From positions 8,432,001 through 8,496,000 of the forward strand of contig CM120646.1 of assembly GCA_051362555.1 (NCBI GenBank): a stretch of DNA of 64,000 nucleotides. Reading direction: 5' to 3'. The stretch is from Lingula anatina. Taxonomy: Eukaryota > Animalia > Brachiopoda. Below are positions 26,301 to 40,040 of this stretch, piece by piece; position 1 is the stretch's first letter; the number at the start of each line of letters is the position of its first letter. The notes beneath the pieces are model-generated. The model ran no database searches. It was not told where the DNA came from and saw only the letters and a list, made by a program, of their open reading frames with translations. The position numbers were made by a program, and so were the translations under genes.

Positions 26301-29300
26301 GAGAAATTTGCACAAATGATACTTAACAACAATGAAAATCTGTGATAAGCTCATCAATTGACTGTGTAAAATGAAAAAGATTTTTTTGGACAATATATTT
26401 TAGAAAACTGAAAATTACATTCAAAAGGTGGGCAAATTCAATGGCATAAAATAGTTAAACGTTAATAATTTTGACAAATCTATTCCAATATTTGTCAAAT
26501 TTGGAAAAATGATGCTTAACAACAATAAAAATCTGTGATAAGCTCATCAGTTGACTGCATCCTGTGAAAAAGATTTAATCAGACAATATATTTTAGAAAA
26601 CTGAAAATTGCATTGAAATGTCAGGCAAATTCCATGGCATAAAATAGTTAAACGTTAATAATTTTGACAAATCTGGTCCTATGTTTGAGAAATTTGCACA
26701 AATGATACTTAACAACAATGAAAATCTGTGATAAGCTCATCAATTGACTGTGTAAAATGAAAAAGATTTTTTTGGACAATATATTATAGAAAACTGAAAA
26801 TTACATTCAAAAGGTGGGCAAATTCAAAGGCATAAAATAGTTAAACGTTAATAATTTTGACAAATCTAGTTCTATATTTGTGAAATTTGCACAAATGATG
26901 CCTAACATGAATGAAAATCTGTGATAAGCTCATCAGTTGACTGCAACCTATGAAAAAGATTTAATCGGACAATATATTTGCGCACCATTTGACAATGTCC
27001 TAAATCTTCCCACGTACCAACTATTGTACACAAGGACGAGACATTAAGTTGCTCTTGCTGCTGCCTTTCACTGCCTGCTTTTTCTATAGGAATTATCCAT
27101 GACCAGACAGGAAGTATCAGTTCACTAAAAAGCCACCCGCTGTATGGAAAGGGTCACCTGGAAAAAGAGCAATATATAATTTGAAAAAAGTGAAAATTAA
27201 ATTTTAAAAAGTGACTAGGCTTAGAATAGTTAAACGATGATAATTTTGTCAAATCTGGTCCAATATTTGTGGAATTTGCACAAAGGATGCTTAACAACAA
27301 TAAAAATCTGTGATAAGTTTATCAGCTGACTGTGCCCCATGAAAAAGATTTTTCGGAACAATATATTTGAGAAAACTGAAAATTACATTGAAAAGACTGG
27401 TAAATTCCATGGCATAATATAGTTAAACGTTAATAATTTTGACAAATCTAGTTCTATATTTGTGAAATTTGCACAAATGATGCCTAACATGAATGAAAAT
27501 CTGTGATAAGCTCATCAGTTGACTGCAACCTATGAAAAAGATTTAATCGGACAATATATTTGCGCACCATTTGACAATGTCCTAAATCTTCCCACGTACC
27601 AACTATTGTACACAAGGACGAGACATTAAGTTGCTCTTGCTGCTGCCTTTCACTGCCTGCTTTTTCTATAGGAATTATCCATGACCAGACAGGAAGTATC
27701 AGTTCACCAAAAAGCCACCCGCTGTATGGAAAGGGTCACCTGGAAAAAGAACAATATATAATTTGAAAAAAGTGAAAATTAAATTTTAAAAAGTGACTAG
27801 GCTTAGAATAGTTAAACGATGATAATTTTGACAAATCTGGTCCAATATTTGTGGAATTTGCACAAAGGATGCTTAACAACAATAAAAATCTGTGATAAGC
27901 TTATCAGTTGACTGTGCCCCATGAAAAAGATTTTTCGGAACAATATATTTGAGAAAACTGAAAATTACATTGAAAAGACTGGTAAATTCCATGGCATAAT
28001 ATAGTTAAACGTTAATAATTTTGACAAATCTAGTTCTATATTTGTGAAATTTGCACAAATGATGCCTAACATGAATGAAAATCTGTGATAAGCTTATCAG
28101 TTGACTGCAACCTATGAAAAAGATTTAATCAGACAATATATTTGAGAAAACTGAAAACTGCATTGAAAGGTCGGGCAAATTCCACGGCATAAAATAGTTA
28201 AACATTAATAATTTTAATAAATCTATTCCAATATTTGTCAAATTTGGACAAATGATGCCTAACATGAATGAAAATCTGTGATAAGTTCATCAGTTGACTG
28301 CATCCTATGAAAAAGATTTAATCGGACAATATATTTGAGAAAACTGAAAATTACATTGAAAAGACGGGCAAATTTAATAGCATAAAAAAGTTAAACGTTA
28401 ATAATTTTGACAAATCTAGTCCAATATTTGTCAAATTTGGACAAATGATGCTTAACATCAATAAAAATCTGTGATAAGCTTACCAATTGACTGTGTGTAA
28501 TATTAGTGTTGTTTATTGGCAATTTGTACGAGAAGAGTCAGAATGACCAAAAATTTTTTTTCAATTTAACAACATATTTAGTCTCATATGAAACAGCAAA
28601 TGTTATGATTTGTGTTTGTTTGTGTTAGAGGTGGCAAATTACCCATAATTGTCATCTGGAAAACAACATATACCATTCAAGACTTCTCCTTACTACCAAT
28701 ACCACATGCAGATTCCTCCTTACAGTGGGTTTCTGGAATCAGGATTAGCGCACCATTTGACAATGTCCTAAATCTTCCCACGTACCAACTACTGTACACA
28801 AGGACGAGACATAAAGTTGCTCTTGCTGCTGTCTTTCACTGCCTGCTTTTTCTATAGGAATTAGTCATGACCAGACAGGAAGTATCAGTTCACCAAGAAG
28901 CCACCCGCTGTATGGAAAGGGTCACCTGGAAAAAGAACAATATATAATTTGAAAAAAGTGAAAATTAAATTTTAAAAAGTGACTCGGCTTAGAATAGTTA
29001 AACGATGATAATTTTGAGAAATCTGGTCCAATAATTGTGTAATTTGCACAAATGATGCTTAACAACAATAAAAATCTATGATAAGCTTATTAGTTGACTG
29101 TGCCCCATGAAAAAGATTTTTCGGAACAATATATTTGAGAAAATTGAAAATTACATTGAAAAGACTGGTAAATTCCATGGCATAATATAGTTAAACGTTA
29201 ATAATTTTGACAAATCTGGTTGTATATTTGTGAAATTTGCACAAATGTTACTTAACAACAATGAAAATCTGTGATAAGCTCATCAATTGACTGTGTAAAA

Positions 29301-32300
29301 TGAAAAAGATTTTTTCGGACAATATATTATAGAAAACTGAAAATTACATTCAAAAGGCGGGCAAATTCCATGGCATAAAATAGTTAAACGTTAATAATTT
29401 TGACAAATCTATTCAAATATTTGTCAAATTTGAAAAAATGATGCTAAACAACAATAAAAATCTGTGATAAGCTCATCAAGTGACTGCATCCTGTGAAAAA
29501 GATTTAATCAGACAATATATTTTAGAAAACTGAAAATTGCATTGAAATGTCAGGCAAATTCCATGGCATAAAATAGTTAAATGTTAATAATTTTTACAAA
29601 TCTGGTCCTATATTTGAGAAATTTGCACAAATGATACTTAACAACAATGAAAATCTGTGATAAGCTCATCAGTTGGCTGTCTCCCATGAAAAAGATTTTT
29701 CGGGACAATATATTTGAGAAAACTGAAAATTACATTAAAAAGACTGGTAAATTCCATGGCATAATATAGTTAAACGTTAATAATTTTGACAAATCTAGTT
29801 CTATATTTGTGAAATTTGCACAAATGATGCCTAACATGAATGAAAATCTGTGATAAGCTCATCAGTTGACTGAATCCTATGAAAAAGATTTAATCGGACA
29901 ATATATTTGAGAAAACTGAAAACTGCATTGAAAGGTCGGGCAAATTCCACGGCATAAAATAGTTAAACGTTAATAATTTTGATAAATCCATTCCAATATT
30001 TGTCAAATTTGGACAAATGATGCCTAACATGAATGAAAATCTGTGATAAACTCATCAGTTGACTGCATCCTGTGAAAAAGATTTAATCAGACAGTATATT
30101 TTAGAAAACTGAAAATTGCATTGAAATGTCAGGCAAATTCCATGGCATAAAATAGTTAAACGTTAATAATTTTTACAAATCTGGTCCTATATTTGAGAAA
30201 TTTGCACAAATGATACTTAACAACAATTAAAATCTGTGATAAGCTCATCAGTTGGCTGTCTGCCATGAAAAAGATTTGTCGGGACAATATATTTGAGAAA
30301 ACTGAAAATTACATTGAAAAGACTGGTAAATTCCATGGCATAATATAGTTAAACGTTAATAATTTTGACAAATCTAGTTCTATATTTGTGAAATTTGCAC
30401 AAATGATGCCTAACATGAATGAAAATCTGTGATAAGCTCATCAGTTGACTGCAACCTATGAAAAAGATTTAATCGGACAATATATTTGAGGAAACTGAAA
30501 ACTGCATTGAAAGGTCAGGCAAATTCCACGGCATAAAATAGTTAAACATTAATAATTTTGATAAATCTAGTCCAATATTTGTCAAATTTGGACAAATGAT
30601 GCCTAACATGAATGAAAATCTGTGATAAGCTCATCAGTTGACTGCATCCTATGAAAAAGATTTAATCAGACAATATATTTGAGAAAACTGAAAATTACAT
30701 TGAAAAGACGGGCAAATTTAATAGCATTAAAAAGTTAAACGTTAATTTTGACAAATCTAGTCCAATATTTGTCAAATTTGGACAAATGATGCTTAACATC
30801 AATAAAAATCTGTGATAAGCTTACCAATTGACTGTGTGTAATATTAGTGTTGTTTATTGGCAATTTGTACGAGAAGAGTCAGAATGACCCAAAAAATTTT
30901 TTTCAATTTAACAACATATAATTTAGTCTCACATGAAACAGTAAATGTTATGATTTGTGTTTGTTTGTGTTAGAGGTGGCAAATTACCCATAATTGTCAT
31001 CTGGAAAACAACATATACCATTCAAGACTTCTCCTTACTACCAATACCATATGCAGATTCCTCCTTACAGTGGGTTTCTAGAATCAGGATTAGCGCACCA
31101 TTTGACAATGTCCTAAATCTTCCCACGTACCAACTACTGTACACAAGGACGAGACATAAAGTTGCTCTTGCTGCTGTCTTTCTCTGCCTGCTTTTTCTAT
31201 AGGAATTAGCCATGACCAGACAGGAAGTATCAGTTCACCAAGAAGCCACTCGTTGTATGGAAAGGGTCACCTGGAAAAAGAACAAAATATAATTTGAAAA
31301 ATGTGAAAATTAAATTTTAAAAAGTGACTCTGCTTAGAATAGTTAAACGATGATAATTTTGACAAATCTGGTCCAATATTTGTGAAATTTGCACAAATGA
31401 TGCTGAACAACAATAAAAATCTGTGATAAGCTCATCAGTTGACTGCATCCTGTAAAAAAGATTTAATCAGACAATATATTTTAGAAAACTGAAAATTGCA
31501 TTGAAATGTCAGGGAAATTCCATGGCATAAAATAGTTAAACGTTAATAATTTTTACAAATCTGGTTCTATATTTGAGAAATTTGCACAAATGATACTTAA
31601 CAACAATGAAAATCTGTGATAAGCTCATCAATTGACTGTGTAAAATGAAAAAGATTTTTTTGGACAATATATTATAGAAAACTGAAAATTGCATTAAAAA
31701 GACTGGTAAATTCCATGGCATAAAATAGTTAAACGTTAATAATTTTGACAAATCTATTCCAATATTTGTCAAATTTGGAAAAATGATGCTTAACAACAAT
31801 AAAAATCTGTGATAAGCTCATCAGTTGACTGCATCCTGTGAAAAAGATTTAATCAGACAATATATTTTAGAAAACTGAAAATTACATTGAAATGTCAGGC
31901 AAATCCCATGGCATAAAATAGTTAAACGTTAATAATTTTGACAAATCTGGTCCTATATTTGTAAAACTTTCACAAATGATGCTCAACAACAATAAAAATC
32001 TGTAATAAGCTCATCAGTTGACTGTCTCCCATGAAAAAGATTTTTCGGTATAATATATTTGAGAAAACGGAAAATTACATTGAAAAGACTGGCAAATTCA
32101 ATGGCATAAAATAGTTAAACGTTAATAATTTTGACATATCTAGTTCTATATTTGTGAAATTTGCACAAATGATGCCTAACATGAATGAAAATCTGTGATA
32201 AGCTCATCAGTTGACTGCAACCAATGAAAAAGATTTAATCGGACAATATATTTGCGCACCATTTGACAATGTCCTAAATCTTCCCACGTACCAACTATTG

Positions 32301-35300
32301 TACACAAGGACGAGACATAAAGTTGCTCTTGCTGCTGCCTTTCACTGCCTGCTTTTTCTATAGGAATTATCCATGACCAGACAGGAAGTATCAGTTCACC
32401 AAAAAGCCACCCGCTGTATGGAAAGGGTCACCTGGAAAAAGAACAATATATAATTTGAAAAAAGTGAAAATTAAATTTTAAAAAGTGACTAGGCTTAGAA
32501 TAGTTAAACGATGATAATTTTGACAAATCTGGTCCAATATTTGTGGAATTTGCACAAAGGATGCTTAACAACAATAAAAATCTGTGATAAGCTTATCAGT
32601 TGACTGTGCCCCATGAAAAAGATTTTTCGGAACAATATATTTGAGAAAACTGAAAATTACATTGAAAAGACTGGTAAATTCCATGGCATAATATAGTTAA
32701 ACGTTAATAATTTTGACAAATCTAGTTCTATATTTGTGAAATTTGCACAAATGATGCCTAACATGAATGAAAATCTGTGATAAGCTCATCAGTTGACTGC
32801 AACCTATGAAAAAGATTTTATCGGACAATATATTTGAGAAACTGAAAACTGCACTGAAAGGTCGGGCAAATTCCACGGCATAAAATAGTTAAACGTTAAT
32901 AATTTTGATAAATCCATTCCAATATTTGTCAAATTTGGACAAATGATGCCTAACATGAATGAAAATCTGTGATAAACTCATCAGTTGACTGCATCCTGTG
33001 AAAAAGATTTAATCAGACAGTATATTTTAGAAAACTGAAAAATTGCATTGAAATGTCAGGCAAATTCCATGGCATAAAATAGTTAAACGTTAATAATTTT
33101 TACAAATCTGGTCCTATATTTGAGAAATTTGCACAAGTGATACTTAACAACAATGAAAATCTGTGATAAGCTCATCAGTTGGCTGTCTGCCATGAAAAAG
33201 ATTTTTCGGGACAATATATTTGAGAAAATTGAAAATTACATTGAAAAGACTGGTAAATTCCATGGCATAATATAGTTAAACGTTAATAATTTTGACAAAT
33301 CTGGTCCTATATTTGAGAAATTTGCACAAGTGATACTTAACAACAATGAAAATCTGTGATAAGCTCATCAGTTGGCTGTCTGCCATGAAAAAGATTTTTC
33401 GGGACAATATATTTGAGAAAATTGAAAATTACATTGAAAAGACTGGTAAATTCCATGGCATAATATAGTTAAACGTTAATAATTTTGACAAATCTGGTCC
33501 TATATTTGTGGAATTTGCACAAATGATACTTAACAACAATGAAAATCTGTGATAAGCTCATCAGTTGGCTGTCTGCCATGAAAAAGATTTTTCGGCACAA
33601 TATATTTGAGAAAACTGAAAATTACATTGAAAAGACTGGTAAATTCCATGGCATAATATAGTTAAACATTAATAATTTTGACAAATCTAGTTCTATATTT
33701 GTGAAATTTGCACAAATGATGCCTAACATGAATGAAAATCTGTGATAAGCTTATCAGTTGACTGCAACCTATGAAAAAGATTTAATCAGACAATATATTT
33801 GAGAAAACTGAAAACTGCATTGAAAGGTCGGGCAAATTCCACGGCATAAAATAGTTAAACATTAATAATTTTAATAAATCTATTCCAATATTTGTCAAAT
33901 TTGGACAAATGATGCCTAACATGAATGAAAATCTGTGATAAGCTCATCAGTTGACTGCATCCTATGAAAAAGATTTAATCGGACAATATATTTGAGAAAA
34001 CTGAAAATTACATTAAAAAGACGGGCAAATATAATAGCATAAAAAAGTTAAATGTTAATTATTTTGACAAATCTAGTCCAATATTTGTCAAATTTGGACA
34101 AATGATGCTTAACATCAATAAAAATCTGTGATAAGCTTACCAATTGACTGTGTGTAATATTAGTGTTGTTTATTGGCAATTTGTACGAGAAGAGTCAGAA
34201 TGATCAAAAAGTTTTTTTTAAATTTAACAACATATAATTCAGTCTCACATGAAACAGCAAATGTTATGATTTGTGTTTGTTTGTGTTAGAGGTGGCAAAT
34301 TACCCATAATTGTCATCTGGAAAACAACATATACCATTCAAGACTTCTCCTTACTACCAATACCACATGCAGATTCCTCCTTACAGTGGGTTTCTGGAAT
34401 CAGGATTAGCGCACCATTTGACAATGTCCTAAATCTTCCCACGTACCATCTATTGTACTCAAGGACGAGACATAACGCTGCTCTTGCTGCTGTCTTTCAC
34501 TGCCTGCTTTTTCTATAGGAATTAGCCATGACCAGACAGGAAGTATCAGTTCACCAAGAAGCCACTCGCTGTATGGAAAGGGTCACCTGGAAAAAGAACA
34601 ATATATAATTTGAAAAATGTGAAAATTAAATTTTAAAAAGTGACTCTGCTTAGAATAGTTAAACGATGATAATTTTGACAAATCTGGTCCAATATTTGTG
34701 AAATTTGCACAAATGATGCTTAACAACAATAAAATCTGTGATAAGCTCATCAGTTGACTGTGCCCCATGAAAAAGATTTTTTCGGAACAATATATTTGAG
34801 AAAACTGAAAATTACATTGAAAAGACTGGTAAATTCCATGGCATAATATAGTTAAACGTTAATAATTTTGACAAATCTAGTTCTATATTTGTGAAATTTG
34901 CACAAATGATGCCTAACATGAATGAAAATCTGTGATAAGCTTATCAGTTGACTGCATCCTGTAAAAAAGATTTAATCAGACAATATATTTTAGAAAACGT
35001 TAATAATTTTGACAAATCTATTCTAATTTTTGTCAAATTTGGACAAATGGTGCCTATCATCAATGAAAATCTGTGATAAGCTCATCATGTGACTGTGTCC
35101 CATGAAAAAGAATTTATTGGACAATATATTATAGAAAACTGAAAATTACATTCAAAAGGCGGGCAAATTCCATGGCATAAAATAGTTAAACGTTAATAAT
35201 TTTGACAAATCTATTCCAATATTTGTCAAATTTGGAAAAATGATGCTTAACAACAATAAAAATCTGTGATAAGCTCATCAGTTGACTGCATCCTATGAAA

Positions 35301-36532
35301 AAGATTTAATCAGACAATATATTTGAGAAAACTGAAAATTACATTGAAAAGACGGGCAAATTTAATAGCATAAAAAAGTTAAACGTTAATTTTGACAAAT
35401 CTAGTCCAATATTTGTCAAATTTGGACAAATGATGCTTAACATCAATAAAAATCTGTGATAAACTTACCAATTGACTGTGTGTAATATTAGTGTTGTTTA
35501 TTGGCAATTTGTATGAGAAGATTCAGAATGATCAAAAAGTTTTTTTTAAATTTAACAACATATAATTCAGTCTCACATGAAACAGCAAATGTTATGATTT
35601 GTGTTTGTTTGTGTTAGAGGTGGCAAATTACCCATAATTGTCATCTGGAAAACAACATATACCATTCAAGACTTCTCCTTACTACCAATACCACATGCAG
35701 ATTCCTCCTTACAGTGGGTTTCTGGAATCAGGATTAGCGCACCATTTGACAATGTCCTAAATCTTCCCACGTACCATCTATTGTACTCAAGGACGAGACA
35801 TAACGCTGCTCTTGCTGCTGTCTTTCACTGCCTGCTTTTTCTATAGGAATTAGCCATGACCAGACAGGAAGTATCAGTTCACCAAGAAGCCACCTGCTGT
35901 ATGGAAAGGGTCACCTGGAAAAAGAACAATATATAATTTGAAAAATGTGAAAATTAAATTTTAACAAGGCAGCAAAGCTGTCAAATGTACAGACAAAAAA
36001 CAGAAAATAAAGATGCAAAAAAGGTCATTTTGTCAATTTTGATGCAATAATAAATAATGCTTATAATAGCACTGTCAGTCAACACTGAATTTTAATCTTG
36101 CACAACAGGTAACATGGTCAATAACAGGAGCGGACCCAGAGATATTTTCTGACAGTATTACAAAGTATCTATGTTGATCCATCCTCCATTTTGATGGTCT
36201 TCCAACAGAAAAAAATAGATACCAGTCAATATAAACTTAATAACCTGACTGTCTTCCGGAAGACCCAGAAGATGGTCTCAATCCACCCCTTCAATAAGAT
36301 TACAGTTTCAGGACCATGAGAGTTCAAATTCACATTATGAAAGTCTCAATATTTGAAAAATGATGACAGTGCATAAAATAATATTACATAATGTTTAAAG
36401 ACATAAAAAACAATACAACTGCTTATGTAGAAATACAGAAAATGTGCAGAGCCCCAGGCAGATGAGAGCCTGCCTGGGGCTAAAAGTCACAAATGCAAGT
36501 GTTTGAGAAAAAATTATAAAGGAAAACAACAA

Positions 36533-36770
36533 AACTAGAAAAGCACTTTGAGAGTGCAGACCTCTGCCAAGGCAGCAATTGTTGATTATTATTGATAATT
36601 GATTGATTATTGATCCGGACCACCACCAAAAATTAATCATTGTCCTCTTTGGCCCACTTCCGACAGTTCCTGAAAATTTCTGCAAAATCAGTCCATAACT
36701 TTTTGTGTTATGTGGATGACAGACAAACAGGGGTGAAAATATAACCTCCTTGGCAGAGCTTGAGGTAAAT
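36533..36770 (-). mobile_element. Small nested HINE-type element of a different family
   Basis: aactagaaaagcactttgagagtgcagacctctgccaagg ... cagacaaaca ... ataacctccttggcagagcttgaggtaaat: hairpin plus subTIR at one end, microsatellite remnant plus palindrome at the other. Confidence 0.7.
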
Positions 36771-36814
36771 ATAATTCCAATGAAGCTGCTATTCAAACTT
36801 TTAATCTTCCAGTT

Positions 36815-36816
<2 letters not shown>

Positions 36817-36886
<70 letters not shown>
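36817..36886. repeat. (AT)n microsatellite
   Basis: About 70 bp of uninterrupted AT dinucleotide. Confidence 0.95.
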
Positions 36887-36889
<3 letters not shown>

Positions 36890-39049
36890 AAACTTATTTG
36901 CAATATTAAACAAAATTTACCTGCATAATTTTCACTGCTTCCTTATTATTAATCTAGCAAAGAGCTTTACCTTTGGGAGTTTACAGGGAAATATCAACAA
37001 GTGTGCTTTACGTAATCTCATTTAATGGCCTATTAAAGCAAATGACTTTATAACTCTGAAATTAATCTAGTGATACCCAAGGGTAATTTACAGACTGACC
37101 CACTCAAAGGTCTTCAGGCCCATAAGTCACACCTTAAGAAAAGCACAAAACCATAATGCCCAAAATAGGAGACTACCAATCCTGATGCAATAATACATTA
37201 TGTTTAACTGCACAGTCAACATCAACTTATGCACAACAGGTAACACAGACGAAAGTAAAAGCATAAGGCTTCAGGCCCATCAGAGTTCAAGTTTATACTA
37301 AGAAAGTGCCAGAATGAGAAAAATGAAAATTTCACAAAAAATGCATAAATACAATAAACATGATAATCCAATAGAGCTGGTTTTCTCATGAGCTGAAGGC
37401 CAATCCTAAAAATCGTACTTGTAAGTTTAAAAGTATAATAAGTAGCACAGTTTTCTTTTCATAATGTTTGCAGTAGCAGTGCAAAAAGATTGTCAATTTT
37501 GATGTAACATTACATAATAAATTAGAGAATAATTATCACCAATTTTTGTTTATTGACTATAAATAGGATGGACATGTAGAAAATATGATTACCATTTGGC
37601 TTCATGTCCATGGGAGCTCTGAGTCCCACAATGAATATGCCAAAAAAGATAATGAATATAACACTAAAATGTATAACTTCCAGAAAAAGAAGCCAATTAG
37701 ACTGCTTTTCTAACTCAGGCTGCATTTTAGTCCTGTGTTTCTTTTTTGAAAGTTTGACAGTCATAAGTAACACGGTTTTTCCATAATGGTCATCAAGGCA
37801 GCAGCACCAAAAATTGTGTTTTCTTCTATTTTGATGCAACATTACATAATGCTTAACAGCATAATGACCATCGATTTTTAATAATAAAATATAAGTGTCA
37901 TGGATTTTCACAAAATGTGACTAGCACGGGTCTTCAAGCCCGTGGAGGTTCTAAGTCGCACCTTGGAAATGCCAATATGTGAAAAATTAAATTTTCACAA
38001 AAAACTGTTTAATTGCCAGAAAAATTTACCAAACAGACTGCATTGCCTACTGAAGCTGTATTTTAGACCCATGTTTCTTTCCTGTAAGTATGAGAACAGT
38101 AATTGACATGATTTTTGTTAAATGGTCATCATGGGAGCAGTGCCCAAAATAGGGGTTTCTTCAAATTTTGATGCAACATTACATAATGTTTAACAGCATA
38201 ATGACCATCAATTTTTAATTATAAAATATTAGTATCACGGATATTCAGGAAATGTGACAAGCAAAGGTCTTCAGGATCATGGAACTTCAAAGTCACACCT
38301 TGAAAATGCCAATAAGTGAAAAATTAAATTTTCACAAAAAACTGTTTAATTGCCAGAAAAATTTACCATACAGACTGCATTGCCTACTGGAGCTGTATTT
38401 TAGTCCCATGTTTCTTTCCTGTAAGTTTGAGAACAGTAAGTGACATGATTTTCCTTAAATGGTCATCATGGGAGCAGTGCCCAAAATAGGGGTTTCTTCA
38501 AATTTTCATGCAATATTACATAATGTTTTACAGCATAATGACCATCAATTTTTAATTATAAAATATTAGTATCATGGTTATTCAGAAAATGTGACTAGCA
38601 AAAGCCTTCAGGCCCATGGAACTTCAAAGTCACATATTGAAAATGCCAAAATGTAAACAATACAGCACTGTTCTGAAATGGGTTTATTTCCATTTTTAAC
38701 ACTTTTTAAACATAAAACAAAATAAACAGTTTACTGCCATTTTTATATGACCAATGAAGAAAATTGATGAGATGGGAAAAGTATCAATAGAACAGTTTTA
38801 AATGCCCAACTTCCTCCATTCTGAGATTCTGAACATAGTGGATGAATGCATCTGACAAACTGCAATGATATGAGTTTATTTCCATTTTTGACACTTTATT
38901 ACACAATACATGATAACAAGTTTACCATCATTTTTACAAAATCAACTAACAATGTTGTAAAGATGCAGGAAATGCCAAACAAACACATTTACATATCTTA
39001 TTAGTTCAATAATGAGACTGTTAACATGCCTATGAATTGAATGTGAGGA

Positions 39050-40000
39050 AATGTGAAAAAACAGCATTACCTTTTAAAATAATGGACTGATTATGCTGAT
39101 TTTCAAACTCAACCTGCGTTTTAGTAAGATTGGCCCCTCCTGTGAGTATAATGACAATTGGCCAATCTGTTTTTCTTATATTGTGTTATCAGTGTTGCAT
39201 ATATACTGAAAAAAGTGAAAAAAAACAGCATAAATTCCCTATAAGTGACCCGATCGTGCTGATTTTCGAACTTGACCTGCGTATTATGAATATTTATCAG
39301 TTCTGTAAGTTTCAAGCCAAAGGGTAAAACAGCTCTTCATTTATTGTGTTATCAGTGTTGCAAAAATGCTGAAAAAAAGTGAAAAAATAGCCTAAATTCA
39401 CTAAAAATGACCCAATCATGCTGATTTTCGAACTTGACCTGCGTATTATGAATATTCATCAGTTCTGTAGGTTTCAAGCCAAAAGGTCAAATGGTTTTCC
39501 ATTTATCGTGTTATCGGTGCTGCATATATGCTGAAAAAAGAGAAAAAATAGCCTAAATTCACTAAAAATGACCCAATTACGCTGATTTTCGAACTTGACC
39601 TGCGTATTATGTATATTCATCAGTTCTGTAAGTTTCAAGCCAAAAGGTAAAATGGTTTTCCACTTATCGTGTTATCGGTGCTGCATATATGCTGAAAAAA
39701 GTGAAGAAACAGCATAAATTCCCTATAAGTGACCCGATCATGCTGATTTTCGAACTCGACCTGCGTATTATGAATATTCATCAGTACTGTAAGTTTCAAG
39801 CCAAAAGGTACAATGGTTTTCCACTTATCGTGTTATCGGTGCTGCATATATGTTGAAAAAAGTGAAAAAACAGCATAAATTCCCTAAGAGTGACCCGATC
39901 ATGCTGATTTTCGAACTTGACCTGCATATTATGAATATTCATCAGTTCTGCAAGTTTCAAATCAAAAGGCAAAATGGTTTTCCACTTATCGTGTTATCGG
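39050..40000. repeat. ~161-bp internal tandem core repeats of HINE-A
   Basis: gctgattttcgaacttgacctgcg recurs about every 161 bp. Two to three units also occur in the other HINE-A copies (17290-17750, 45810-46260, 51370-51830). Confidence 0.9.
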
Positions 40001-40009
40001 TAAAAGTGC

Positions 40010-40040
<31 letters not shown>

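Noticed and set aside
31022-31213. Minus-strand ORF with an Ig-like-looking stretch (WYVGRFRTLSNGALIL)
   Set aside because: It is open from an ATG in only one copy because of a single substitution. It lacks the D-x-G-x-Y-x-C motif and spacing, and the diverged copy shows no synonymous bias.
37522-37911. Longer ORFs within HINE-A (129-134 aa; also 44882, 45928, 51409) as Rep/helicase remnants
   Set aside because: No HUH or helicase motifs, and the frames are not conserved between element copies.
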